NCBI GenBank assembly: GCA_000388065.2
Contig: KB932202.1
Source: Fonticula alba ATCC 38817
Lineage: Eukaryota; Protista; Nucleariida
Reading direction: 5' to 3' (one strand)
Length of the DNA stretch: 64,000 bases
A model generated the notes under the pieces. That model did no database searches, was not told the DNA's origin, and was given only the letters and a program-made list of their open reading frames with translations. Each line of letters starts with the position of its first letter. Positions within the stretch are counted from its first letter, which is position 1. Shown here piece by piece: positions 11,482 through 25,000 of the stretch. The position numbers were made by a program, and so were the translations under genes.

Positions 11482-14400
11482 TCACTTGCCAGCCGGAGCC
11501 GGGGTGGCAGACACAGGCGCCGGCGGCACGGGAGCCGCCACAATGGCAGCGCCCGGAGCCGAGCCGATCATGGCGGCCGGGGCCCCTCCACTGCTGCCCC
11601 CTCCCGGAGGAGCAGGGAATTGGCCGTGGAAAAGAGCCAGCTTTGGGAATGGCGATTGGACTAGCGCATTGACGACTTCCAGCAGGCTCGAGCGAACCGG
11701 CTGCTGGGAGGAGCTCGAGGCACGCTGGGCGCGAAGATGCGCCTGCACGGTTTCCACCTGCTGCCAGAGCGGGCCCTGCCGCATGGCCACCTGGATGTAT
11801 TGCTGACGGAACTCATGGGTCATCTCGAACAACTCATGGGCCATCTGCTGGGGCGTCAGCTCCGGAACCCTGGCCGCCAGGGAGGCGATCAGCTCCTGGG
11901 GCATCAGCGGCATGGCCGGCTGTGTGCAATTGCAGGCCAGGGACACCTGCACGCTGTTGTCGACACAATTCCATTGAAGCGGCACCAGGCACCCGTCGGT
12001 TGGCGGAGCACCGCTGCCCTTGGGAGCCTTCTGGTAGAAGAAAAGCTGTCGGCACCCAGGAGCAGGGAGGGCAAAGGGGGCAAAGCGCGTCAACACGTGG
12101 AGAGCAAGGAAGTGCAGATGGAAAGGCAAGCAAGGGGCGCAAGGTGCAACACGCCAAGTTCCAAGCGCATGTGTGTGCACCCCCCCCCCCCCCCCCCCGC
12201 CCGAGCACGTACCACCAAGTTCAGCGTTTGGCTCTTTCGGTCGAAGGCCATGGTCACCTCGTTGGGATTGGGAACCTGGCTGTCGCCAAAGGCAGCAGCC
12301 CGGTCGGCCGGGAATCCGGTCTGCACGCGTTGCTGGGTGTATCGCTCGTAGGTTTGGGTGACGGCCGTCATGAATGCCGCCGGCCGGGACTGGAGGCGTT
12401 CCCGGAACTGGGCAAGGATGTTCTGCACCGCCACCAAGGGAGTGCGGTTGGCCCCGAAGGCCGACAGATCGGGAACCGACAAGAGAAGCTCAAAGCCGTT
12501 GGGAGTGTCCGACTGACAGTAGAGTGTCAGCTGAGAATGCCTGCCACGCCCCGGGGAGGAAGAGGGAAAGGCAGAGGAAGAAGGGCCAGGAGGGGTGCCT
12601 CCGCCGGACATAGGTCCGCGTAAACACGGCCAAGCGAAGCATGTCAGCAGATTGTCAAGCGTACCTTGGCCGATGTTTCCTCCAAGAGGAGAAGCGAGTG
12701 CAGCTCATTCAAAATGTGCCCAGGCAGGGAGAGGGCCACACTCAAGGAGTACAGAGAGGGCGGAGTGGTTGCTTGGGCGGACTGTGGTGGCCACCGAGGC
12801 CGAGGAGCAAGAGACAAGGATGGTCAGCAGGCGCATAGCAAGCGGCTGTTCGGGGGAGGAATGGAGAGGGGGGGGGAGGTGGGCGAGCGGGGGGGAAAAA
12901 AAAAGAGACAAAGAAGGCACACGCGAACCTTGCGAGCTAGGCTCCGCATGAGCGTCGCGATGTTATTCGACACGAAGTTCCCCCCCGGCTCGATGGACGT
13001 CAGGCGAATGCCATAGTCCTCCATGACGAAGGCCGCGCCAGAGGGCAACGAGTCGAAGGGACTGAACAGTGCCCCGGCCGGGATGGCCGTGGCTGATGCC
13101 CCGCCGGAATCCGGCACCCGAGCCAGCAAGCGGAATCGGGCTCCCGGCGGGTGGTGCAGCAACAGCTCTTGCTGGGCCTGCCCCGGCTTTGGGATGGTCA
13201 ATGCCAGGGTGGCCGATGTCACGGCGGATCCCGCGCCCGGGGGCCTCTCCGGGTCGTGGCTCTCGCGCAGCCGAACGGATCCATCGATGGAATTAAAGTC
13301 CATCTTGGTCTGGAAAGGAACAAAAGCATCCGCCGCCGCCCCACCATCACCAGGAGACAATGCATCGTGGAGCCACAGCAGGAAGAAGGGAACATGGTCG
13401 ATGTTAGTGGCGCAATCCAGGCAGGAAAGCCCCCCCCCCCTTCACCCTGACCGGTCAAAACGCACGCCATCCAGGAGGATGGAGATGTCCTCGAGGGAGT
13501 AGAAGCGCTGGACGCCCCAGTTTGTGAAAGAAAGCAGCCTCTTCAGCAAGTCGAAGAGGGAATCCCCGTCACCACGACCGGCGGACGGCGGCGGTGAGGA
13601 GTGTGAAAAGATGTTCCGTGGAAGGTATTCGGCCGGGACCATCTCCAAGTCGGCATTGGCACCATGCTTCACGGCGCCGGCCGCCAGTCGGGGATCGGAC
13701 GTGGACAAGTCCGAAGCCATGAAATCCGGTCGCAGGCGGATCTGCAGGGGAGCTGACAGATGCTGTAGAACCTGGTGACTGAGAGTGTCCTCTGTTGTGG
13801 GTTTTTTTTTCGGCCCCAGCGGGAGGGACAGCGAAAGGATAGCGGCATGTCAAGATCGGAGCAGGAGGGACCCGGCGAGAGGGAAGTGAAATGAAGGGCC
13901 AGGCAGCCCCCATGGAGCGTGTGCATATGCCGGAAGCATGGGTCCTTGTGGTGGACACGCCGGGGGACATGCGCGTACCGTAGGGAATCGAGTTTTGTGT
14001 CACATTCGGCGATGGCCGGGGCGTTTGCAGGATGGTCCGCAGGCCCGGCAGTGACCGGAAAAGGCCGACATCGGTGGTGGTCGACCGGAGGACGGACTTG
14101 ATCCGCTCGCCGGACAAGAACGACGGAAGGGGCTGCCGCTGTTTGCTGGACGAGATGAAGCGCCGGTTCATGCGCGACCCCGGCGACTGACCGGGGATAC
14201 CCTGGACCAGCACCAGCGCCGGCTTTAGCTCTTGCGAGTCGAAGTACGGATCCCACACAGATGGCCCGAATGCATTGAGCATGGACGGGCTGACCGAGGC
14301 CACGGCATCGTGCAGGCGCACGGTCACCCGGCCGCCAAGAGCATCCAAAGCCGGGGCCCCGGGCTGACGCAGGCGGTTCAGCAATTCCCCACTTGCAGCC

Positions 14401-17400
14401 GAGCCAAGCGGTCCATTGTAAAAGCCCCCCTCAACCAGGATGTCCAAATCCAGGCGAATGTGCGGGCCAAGCCAAAGTCGCACATGCAGTGGCGACGGGG
14501 CTCGGGCCTCGAAGCGGAAATACATCCCATGCGTGACGCTGGTCCGCAGGACGAGCGCCGCATGAGCCAGCGGCAGGGCACGGGCCCCAGGACTCCCGGC
14601 CAGCGGGGGAACCGTCGCGGTGGCCGGATCGAAGCTCAGAGCCCCCGGCGCTCGCAGAGGGAAGGATGGATGCGCCGGAGCCGAGGACAAAACCCGAGCA
14701 AAGGCGCCGGACCCGGTCGCCGCACCCACCCACGTGGCATACCCCGCGGCCGATGTCGGCACAAGACCTCCCTGCAAAGAGTCACCAAGCTGAGCGAAGG
14801 CCACCGCCTGCTCCAGCCGGCCGAGGGCCGCATATACAGGCTCAACAGTGCAAGCAATCTTCACCGGGAGCGGCGGCGGGGGCGGGGGCGGGGGCGGGGG
14901 AGGGGGAGGGGGAGGGTAACCGAGTGAGCATGTGGACATACGAAAGGAGGTTGCCTCTCCCGTGCCCGGGAGCAGGGGAGAGGAAGGGAAGGGATATCCG
15001 AGAGATGTTGCGGCGGGGAGCCGTCGTTTCGAGGACATACCTCGATGACATTCGCCAAAGGGGTGGCCAGGGCACCACTCGCCGCGCCCGAAGCCATGGC
15101 ATCAGCAAGGGACTTCCGCGAAAAGGCCAGAATTGGCTCCAGCAATGGAAGCACCATGTCCAGGTAATGGCCATCTGAGGAGGACGAGGAGGAGGAACCC
15201 GGGAGCGGATCCGGGTCTCCGACCGTACGCGGACGCTTGGCCGCCGAGGGAGAGCCATCCACGAGCCGGCGCTTGCCTGGTACGCCGACATCCTCCCCGA
15301 GGGTCGGCGCGACAGCCAGGCGGAAGCGCACCTCGGTTTCAGTGACTTCCGGCACAAGAGTCAGCACCGTGGCCACCAGGGGCACCGAATCGAGGCTCGG
15401 ACTTGGCGGAGCCCGGACTCGGGGCACGCTCACCGAGAGGACTGGTCCGGCGAAGCGGACAGCGGCCCAGGAACGGCGGACCCGCCGTCCATGAGGGGTC
15501 CCCTCGGCGCAGTCCCACTGATCCGGGAAGGAGAGCTGCCCGCCGGTCAGCACCGGCAGGCGGCGCAGCCACCGGGGGAACCCAGGCCCGGAGGTGGTCG
15601 GATCGGCCACCACCTTGAGGTCAGATGATGCAGGCACCACGGCATCGACATCCATCTCAGCCAGGGCCAGGCCACACACAAGCGCCGCCATGCAGAGCGA
15701 TGACCGATATGCTTCGAAGAAGGCCACCAGCCCCTCGGCATCCTCCACCGCCACAGGGGGGAAGCGCAGATACGGCTGCTCAAAGCCGGCCGTCACCAAT
15801 GTGGGAGCGATGGCATGCGGCTCGACGACGGTGGAAAGCAACCGCTGCAACTGCCGACGCGACTGGTCGGTCCACAAGCGTGGATGCACCAAAGCCGCCC
15901 CGGCCACGAGGCTGATTCGCCCACACCCGGCCAGGCCGCCCGCGCGGCCGGTCGACTGCACATGCACCTCCAGGGGTCCAATCAGGCCGGCCTGGGCAAT
16001 GAGCCCCGAGGCCCGGTCCTGGAGCTCCTCGATGTGGCCTGCCTCGCGGCCGGGCGACTGCTGCCGGACCAGGCGCTGGATCATGACGCGCACCTCCGGC
16101 GGGTAGCACAGCAGGGCCATCCCTCCCACCAAGTCGCCCAGCTGACCAAGCAGCCCATGAAAGCGGAAGACCCCGGCCGCGTGGTGGTCTTGCTCCGACA
16201 GGTGGAAGGTCTCGCGCGTGGAGGGCCCCGGCTCGGGGCCATCCTTCACCCCGGCAAGCAGGGTCCCGGCCGGCAAGCTCGGGACCACGGTCGAAGAGAC
16301 TGTCGTCGCCACGACCGGGGCTCGCGAGGCGGTGACCGCACCAGTGGCATCCGGAGGACCGGGACTCCGGCCTACCCGCGCGTAGATCCCCTCATGGCCG
16401 GCATCGAGCCAATCAGCCAGAGCCCGGGGAATGGAGCGCACACCGCGCGCGACCGCGGCTGCCGTCAGGGCATCCCGGCCAATCAGGCAGCAGGCCGCCC
16501 GTGCCCAGAGGGAGAATCGCCGGCGAAGAGCCTGATCCGGGGCCGATGCATGGGTGGCTTCGCCAGCCGAGTGGTCCACCAATCCCTGGGCCAGCAGCTG
16601 GACGGTCTGCTGCACGCGCAGCACCCCAGCACCCGGACCATTGGCAATGACCCGGAGCAGAAAGGCCCGCTCAGTCGGCCGGTCAATGTGATGCACCGCG
16701 AGCCAGTACTCCGGATACCGGCGGAAGCGCAAGAACAGCTGATCCCCCACCGGGTCCAATTCCTCCGGCAGCGGGACCTCCACCTGAGGCAGCAAATGCG
16801 CCACACTCTCAAGGCCCAGCTCGGTGGTAATGTGATCCACATAGTCGCGCAGCGTTCGCCGGCGGAGGCTCATCAGCTGGGCGACCACCGCACTGGCCCA
16901 GGCATCGCGCTCTGGTCCGGCGCGGCTCATCATCGTCGAGAAGGGCACCTTCGACAGGACCACCCCCGGCCCTTGGGGGGTGATTCCAGGACCGGCGACA
17001 GCCCGCCCGGATGTGCCAGCCGCCTGCGACTCGGGTCCGGGGCCTGCCGGTCCAGGAGCCAGGCCCCCGGCATTGGCGCCGGCTCCGGTGGCCAGGACCT
17101 TGTCACCATTGAGGGCCGCCTCGACTTGGGCCACATCGCGCAGGAGACGCCGGCGCTCGGAGCCAGCCAGCACCAGGGTCACACGGCCGGTGGTCGGCTC
17201 CACCGAGATGTCCAGAGTCCGGTGCTCGTAGAGATGCACATGGAGCGACACCCGCCGGCCGGGACCCGACACCTCCATGCCATTGGCCTCGCTGCGGGAG
17301 CCAGCAGCCTGGTTGCCGGCAAGCCCGGAGGCCACGCGATCCTCGCAAACAATGACATCCTTCCGATCAAAGGCCAGGCCGGCATGCTCACGCAGCCGAC

Positions 17401-18044
17401 CACCAAGCGGGTTGATCAGCATTTGCCGCAGGGCATGGATCAGCCCGACGCACTGGTCTCCAACCACGCGCCGCAACACACGCTCCATGCTCAGCTGGCC
17501 ATTGGTCGGGGACAGGTCGAACTCCGGCCCGGAGAGGGTGCGCACGCGAGACAAAGAGGCAGGCCCGGCACCGGCGGAGGGTCCCACACCAGAACCGCCA
17601 AGTCCCCCGGGTCCATGGCGTCGTGCTGCGCGCAGCACACGCTCCACCGCCTCGGCGGAATCGGCATTCGATGTGTGGCGAGGACCGCCGCGCAAGGGGG
17701 CCACGCCCTCCCGCTCGTGATCGGCCTCGCTTTCCCCGTCATCGCTGCAGTCGCTCAGACCATCGTCGTCGCTGTTCTCTTCACCGTCACCTTCATCCTC
17801 ATCACCATCGCTGGCGGTTGTCCAGCCGGGCCCGACCTCGTTGCTGGAGGTGACCCCGGCCAGGGGCTTGGCCCCGGGCGCGGGAGTCATGTTGCCACGG
17901 TCGCCGGGCGGCGCCTGTGTGACATGCTCCAGCACCAAGCGGATGCTGTGGTTCGACAGGGCAGCCACATCTGTCGAGAGGAGGGAGGAGGGGGGAGGGA
18001 GGAGGGGGAGGGAGGAGGGGGAGATGACAAGTGTGTGCGTGCGC

Positions 18045-18075
<31 letters not shown>

Positions 18076-20999
18076 AGTCGTACAGAGGGGGCGAGGCGAG
18101 GAATAGGCCGGTGATCAGCAATCCAAAGCAGTCTTCAAGTACCAAGGACTTCCATTGACAGAGGCGAGGCGCCCGCCCCGGCGAGGGTCCCATCGCTCGG
18201 GCTGGCAGCCCCCGCCGGGGGGCAATAGGCTGTCGAAAGGGCAAGCTGGAGGGGCTTCGGCTGGTCGATGCGAATGATGAGCGTATGGTGGCAGGAGGCT
18301 CCGCGCGCGCTGGCTTGCCCGCTGTGACTTCCTCGCATGGGCAGCAGGCCATCACCAGCCTTGCGCTCACTGAGACAGGCAGGGGAGGAGGGTTAAAGGG
18401 GCGAAGATGATGTGGCCAGTGCGACAGAGGGAGAGACAGAGACAGGGAGGGGAGAGAGAGAGAGAGAGAGGCAGGAAAACCCCAGCAGAGGAGGCGACAG
18501 AGCCCAGCCAAGGTGGTGAAGGACACACGCACACCCAATAGCGAATGCCAAGGCGCTTGACCGATGACCCGCCAAGCGGTCCGGCCCGGCCGGCATCCAG
18601 GGCCCGGGCCGACGTCGGCTCCAGAGCTCGCTTGGGCCCGGCTGGGCCGCTGTCCCCCGAGGGGAAGGCCGAGTCCCCATCCAGGTCCAGGTCAATGCGC
18701 CACCCTTGCGCAGCCAGGCCGTATGCCTGGAAGCGCAGGATCCGGATGTACATGATCATGCAGAGCAGGGCTAGGCGGTGAACCACCCGAAGCGGGTCCA
18801 CGTGTCAGTGAGAAAGAAGGACCGGCCGGCCCACGCAGCAAATGGACAGGAAAAGGGCAGACCGAGAGCAGCGAGAGACAGGAGGGAGGAAGGAATGCCG
18901 ACGCACTGAGCTCGTGATAAATGACGGCGATCGAAGCCCGGAAGTGGGCCGGAGTCACCGACAGCGATGCATCGATGAGATGCGCGTAATTCAGCTCATT
19001 CAGTTCCGGGATCGGAACCTCCGACGGTAGGCGGTTATTCCCCAGCAGGCGAATCCGCGCGGTGAAGTACTTGGCCAGGTTTTGGCACTGATTCGGGGGG
19101 AGCAAATGCACTGGAAAGGGGGATCAGCAGCGAAGCCAGGAGGAGATGAGGCCACCGGGAGGGAGCACGAACGAACCTTGCCGTGCGGGAGGGAATGCCT
19201 TGGTGCCCTTGGTCGTGGCACCCGATGCGGTGTGGCCTACGCTGCCGGTGGTGCTGGCCCCGGCACCGGCAGAGAGCCCATCACGCGAGCCCGACTGGCC
19301 GGGGGTCTTGCGTTTGGCGGTCGCGGATCGGCCGTCGGCCGCGGCCTCGACATCCATGGTGAACCACAGCCGATCGATGCGCCACGGCAGGGATGAATGG
19401 ACAGGGTCCAGGCTGAGCTTCATCCGGAAGAGGCCTGGTGCTTCGAAGGTGGCCGATCCACGGCGCATGCTGACAAATTGCAGCCCCGGTGGGAGGATGG
19501 ACTCGGCCAGGCGCCGGCGGAGAACCACCGTCACTGTGGCATTCACCAGTAGCAAGCGTTCCCGTGTTAGGGACTGGGCCAAGTCCTCCTGGAAAGTGGG
19601 AACTGACATGATCGGAAGCAGGACATTCGATCCCAGGGAGGGGGCCAGCACCGATGGGGAGCCGACGAAGTTTTCCTGCGACAATTTGCGGGTCAGTCGG
19701 AGGGACATATGCTTGTTGGGGGGTTTTCCAAGTAGCGAGGGGGGAAAACGAAGGGAAGAGAGAGAGAGAGGGAGGGAGGGAGGGGGAGCAAATGCAAGGA
19801 GGAGCAAACACCGCCGGGCCGATGGTGATGGATGCCCGGAGGCCAAAAGAGGGAGATGAAGCGTACCCGCACGAAAGCCGGGAACGTGGGATGCCCCGAG
19901 CCAGCCAACACATCTACGGCCGTCTCCACGTCATAGTGTGGCACGCTGAGTTGCCAGGTGGCGAATGGGGAGCAAAGAGAGCGACGCTCAGTTGTCAGGA
20001 GGACGGCAACAGACGGGAGGGAAACAGGCACCATGAAGGAGGAGGAGGGGGGGGGNNNNNNNNNNNNNNNNNNNNNNNNNNNNGGGGCGACACGCACCGC
20101 ATCTGCTGAGACCGGGTGTTTACCTGGTGAAGTAGATCAGCTGTCATGGCAAACACCGTGCTATGGTGCGAGAGGGTCGATGCATGCTCCTACGGGCGGG
20201 TCACAATTTGGCGAGTGAGGGGACAGAGCAGCCAGGCAGGAGAAGGCAAGGTCGCCAGGAGGGGGAGAAAGGAAGAAGTGGCAAACGAAGGAGGAAAGAC
20301 ACGCACACGGCACTCGACCACAGTTGGCAAACGCAGAGGCTCGACATCCGGCGGGGCATCCTCCACCATGGGAGTCTGCAGTGTGTCACCCTCTGGGTGG
20401 GTGTCGGTGACCTCCGCAGTGAGAGTGGCCGGCTCGCGAGTAACCTCGGGAGCTGGCTGGGTCTCAACCAGGGAGGCCGCCTGGCCGTTGTCAGGCCCGG
20501 CAGCCCAACGGACAGCCACCGCCAGCCGGGCGATGTTCAACCGTTGGTGCGCCATCACCGCCCGCAGGGCCGTGATGCGCGCATCGTTGGCCGGGCTATG
20601 CAGACCACGCAGAGGGAGAGAGAGAGAGAGAGAGAGGGAAAGCCATGTGCACGCGTGTCCATGCATACACGCAAACACCAATACAAGCACACACTTGGTC
20701 AGCCGGCGTCCAAAGGGAGAAGAAAAGAAACAAGAGCAACGCCGGCAGGCAACGCACTCGACTACCCCGGCAGTTGGCGTCCCGACAACCGGCGACGATG
20801 TGCCAGCCTGGGCCTCATTCTGGAGCCGGCCCGCCTGGAGGAGACGCACTGCCTGGCTCTGAATGGTGGCCAGGGTGCTGTCGATAATTGGCCGGAGTTG
20901 AACCGTGTCCCCATTGGCCAGGCCCCCGGGTGCCAGACCCGATGATGCCATCATTGACGGTGGTCCATGGGGATGTTGATGACCTGGCTGGGGAAACAT
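11482..20999 (-). CDS. MED14: Mediator complex subunit 14 (MED14/Rgr1), ~2460 aa, 15 exons
   Basis: Phase-consistent exons 20999-20758, 20595-20307, 20189-20098, 19945-19867, 19675-19177, 19110-18907, 18770-18533, 18369-18143, 17970-15041, 14858-13979, 13791-13466, 13309-12929, 12781-12665, 12530-12213, 12045-11482. The N-terminal blocks occur in MED14 order: HQRLNIARLAVAVRWA, STVFAMTADLL, RVPHYDVETAVDVLAGSGHP, VVLRRRL..LPPGLQFVSMRRGSATFEAPGLFRMKLSL..WRIDRL, YHELTLLCMIMYIRILRFQAY. The start may instead be ATG 20954. Confidence 0.85.
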
Positions 21000-21160
21000 C
21001 TCGGTCTCGGAAAAGATCTCCCTCGCTCGAACGCTGCTTTTCAATGGCGCCAGACCGTGTCGATCTCGCCTCCGGCGGGGACCACGGCGGCGTGTCTCGC
21101 TCACGCGGGCGGGGCACTCGAGGCGCGGCGCGGTCACGAATGGAAGGGACGGGCGGGGTG

Positions 21161-21306
21161 GNNNNNNNNNNNNNNNNNNNNNNNNNNNNNNNNNNNNNNN
21201 NNNNNNNNNNNNNNNNNNNNNNNNNNNNNNNNNNNNNNNNNNNNNNNNNNNNNNNNNNNNNNNNNNNNNNNNNNNNNNNNNNNNNNNNNNNNNNNNNNNN
21301 NNNNNN

Positions 21307-21350
<44 letters not shown>
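21161..21350. other. Assembly gap (146 N) followed by a 44-nt poly-G run; the largest of 8 gaps
   Basis: Other gaps are at 8729-8738, 20056-20083, 34069-34148, 41417-41426, 48722-48731, 59661-59681 and 60899-60942. All lie in non-coding low-complexity sequence. Confidence 0.95.
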
Positions 21351-21351
<1 letters not shown>

Positions 21352-22013
21352 AGCCAGACAAGAGGGGATGAGACGAGAGGGATAAGGCCGGACTTTGTGG
21401 TTCATGGCCCAAGGGCGATGCCGAAAAAGGTCGAGAAAGCCTGACCGGTCTCCATCCCTCCCCCGCCCCGCCCCCTGCCGGCCCCCGATGCCGACCCACA
21501 CACCAAGCCTGAGAGGGTCGGCCGTTGCGCGCTAATTCACGCGCGAAGGCGCCCGTGCCCATGCGAGACCAGCTCCCCAGCCCCATCCATCGGCCAAGCC
21601 CGCCCACGGTCTAGGTGGCGGCTTTAGTGGATGCGCGAGGGTCCGCGGAAGAAACCGCCTGCCGCGGACCGAGGGCGCCAAAAAAAAAAGAAGAAAAAAA
21701 GGGCGCGCACAAGTCCCCACCAGGTGCCAGAGACATTTGCCGCGGTAGCTAGCGAGCGTGGGCATATGAGGGGACGTGATCCAAAAGCACCTTCACCATG
21801 AGCGGTAACACGTTCAGGTTGCCAGGAGGGCGTGATCTTGGCGTCGCGTGTGCCAGCGCATTTCCGGTCTGCTTGTGGCCTATATTTTTGTCCCGCGCGC
21901 GTGTACGTGTGCGTGTGTGTGTGCGCGTAGGCCTACACATGTGGGCTCGGGTGGTATTTTGAACAGGGAAGTGGAGGATACACTGAGAAGGCCCCGGCTG
22001 CTCGCATCGCCAC

Positions 22014-25000
22014 TCACCGCCGGTGGTAGTGGTGAGGGATGCGATCGCCGGCAACCGCGGTCGCGGCCCCGAGAGGAGGCGTGTTGGCGGCCGCCGGGCC
22101 GTAGTAGGCGCCAGTGGCCGTTGTCGCGGCGGCGGCGGCGGCCGCCGCTGCCGCCGTGGGGATCATGCTCTTGAGTTGGCCGAAGGCCGATTTGTACTTG
22201 GAAATCTTCCCCTTTAGCCGGGCATTCTCCTCGAGAATGCGCTCCAGCTCGTCGGCCTGCGAACGAGCCTAGAACATGGCAGCGATGCGGAGAGGAGATG
22301 GCCAGAGAAGGAGGAGGAGGGGCGGAGGGAGGAGGCTGTCAGAGGATGAAGCAAGCAGGATGAACACAGCAGACGGATGCACGCACCTTCTGTGAAGGGA
22401 CGACGACCTCCTCACGTGGCCCTGGGACATGGAGGTGAGTTGTCCATGCCACCGGACTCCCAGCAGGTAGGCTGGCATTTGCTGATGTGGCGGCGGTGGC
22501 GGTGGCGGCGGCGGCGGCGGCGTTGGCGCTGCTTGAGCTGGGAATTTGAGTGACAACCGCCGCCGGGGGCGTAAAGGGCCCGAAGCTCGCAGACCCCGCC
22601 GGCAGGTCAAGGCCCCCGGAAAGCACCGGCGCCGGGAGGAGCTGAGACACCCGCTCGCGCAGGAACTTGTTCTGGTGGGTCAACTCGGCCACCGCCGCTT
22701 GGAGGATGAGGGTTTTACGCAAGACGGTCGGCAGGTACTGTTGGACCTGCGCCGGAGACAGCTGGCTCAAATGCGCGCGCATTTGAGCCAAGTCCTCCGA
22801 GGAGACATCCATTCCAACGAGCCGGGCTCGGTCGCGCATCAAGCGAACCAGGCCCTGAAGGTACTGCACACTTTGCGCCGTGAGCCGGAAGAAAGACCGC
22901 AGGGCGATTACCACGCCGGAGGTGAGCTGTCCGCGGAAGGGGGCCAGCGCCGAGGCCAGAGCCTCCGTCCCGCCGGGCCAGCTCAAGCCATCCGGGCTCA
23001 GGGCCTCGACAATATGCCGAGCGAAGTCCGCCGGATTGCACACTGTCTGGACCACCTGCTCGGCAATCTGCGACATTGTCCCCTCCACGGCCTCGGCATC
23101 ACCGAAGTCCAACAGCAAAAGCTGATCCTCCAGCGTCGATTCCACAGGAACCCCCACGGATGAGCCGCAGCCGGCACACGAACCAACACCAGCAGAGGCA
23201 GTGGCAGTCACCGGGGCAGGGGCCGAAGTCAAATGGGCAGCAGGGGCAAGGGAACTCGGGCGATTGGCCGGCGCATCGGCCGCCGGGAAGAGCCGGTCGA
23301 AGAGCGCGCGCGCGCGCTCCTCCACCGAGTCCATCTGCCAAGGGATCGCGGCCGGGGCTGATGCATGGCCGGCGGCGGCCGGCCCGCTGGAGGTGGGCAA
23401 GGGCCCCGTCGCCATCGTCGATCCGACAGCCGCACCCGCGGGCGTGGCCGCGGGCGTGGCCGCCGTGTGAACGCCTGGGCCAGATGCTCCGGCGAGGCCG
23501 CCAGCAAAGAGCCGCGCCAGGGCTGGGTCCACCTGACGCTGGACGCCGGCCGAGCGAAGCTCCGCCAAGACACCCTGCAGCGAGAGCCCCGACACCAGCA
23601 GGGCCTGCGGAGCAGCCAGCAGGACCAAGCCCCGAGCCGGGGTAGCGCCCCCGCGCCCGGGCCCGGACACCAATGCATCCAAATGCAACGACTGCAGGCA
23701 ATCCGCCACCTCCGCGCATGATGCCGGGCGATCGTGCAGGGGAGTACGACCCCCCACAACACTGGGATCCCCACCGCTCCGGCCAACAGACCAATCCAGC
23801 AGACTGGTGGCAATCGACAGCAGGAAGAGCAGCAGCCCGGTCGAGGGGCCGGCCGTGGTGCCGGCGACCACCGGAGTGGCCTCCATCCCGGCCGGCGCCT
23901 CCAGGGCAGCCGGCCGCCGTGACCCCTGATGCAGCGCCAGGACCAGCTGAAATTGCGCCTCCTTCAGCTTGTCCGACACTTGAGCCAGCTCACGATCGAC
24001 CTCTCGCAGCCGGGCCAGCTCCTCGGACTGTTGCTGATTCTGCTGACGCAAATGACTCAATTCCAGGCGCTGGAGCTGGCTGGTTTGCTCGGCGGCCGCC
24101 TGATTGGCCGCCTGGCCCGAGCGTTGCTGCACCAGGCTCGACAGGAGCTGCCCCATGCGAGCATGCTTGTCCTGCAGGGAGGCCATCTCGGCAGCCAGGC
24201 TGCGCGACCGGGCCGTCACTTCCTCGGCCTTGGTGGTGGCCAAGTCGGCGCAGGTGGTCAATTCGCGCTTTTGATCTTCCAGCAAGTGCACCTGCCCGAA
24301 GAGGGCCTGCTGTTCACGCTGCATCCCGGCATGGAGATGCCGGAGTTGGACCAAATCCTCCTGGAGCTGCTCGTTGCGCTGGCGAAGTTGCGCCATCTCG
24401 GCCAGGGCGGCATCGCGCGCACGCGCCGCCTCCTGATGGTTTGCGGCCGCATCGCGCGCCAACCGCAGGGCACCCTCCAGCCGGTGGCCAGACAGTAGCA
24501 GCCCTTGGATTTGGGCCTCCCGACGGGCCAGCTGCTGCCGGGCCCCACCGAGAGCCTCCCGCAGCAGGGACAATTCCCCGGCGAAGTTGTCTCGCAAAAG
24601 TTGCACCACCGGCCGGTCGGCCTCCCGGGCCAGGGCCATGCGTTCGAGGTCCGCCTGTGTTCCGCGCAAAAGTTGCCCCTGCTGTGTGAGGCTCGCTTCC
24701 AGCTGCCGAATTCGAGCATCCTGCCGATCCAGGGTGAACTGTTGGAGTTGATTTTGCAGGCGCAGCTCGGTCAATGCCTCGCTGGCTTGCTCATCCAGGG
24801 CCACTTGCCGCTGGGCGATCTCCAACTCCTGGGCCTGGGCTGCCTGTGCTCGACGGTGTTCGGCCGCCAGACGCCGCTCCAGGCATGCTACCTTGCTTGT
24901 CAGCGCGTCGGCCAGATCTCGGTGTAGCCGTGCTGCCCGGGCCACCGGATCGTTGGTGCCCACGGAGAAGTCGACGGTCGGGCGCAAGCCTGCCACATTC

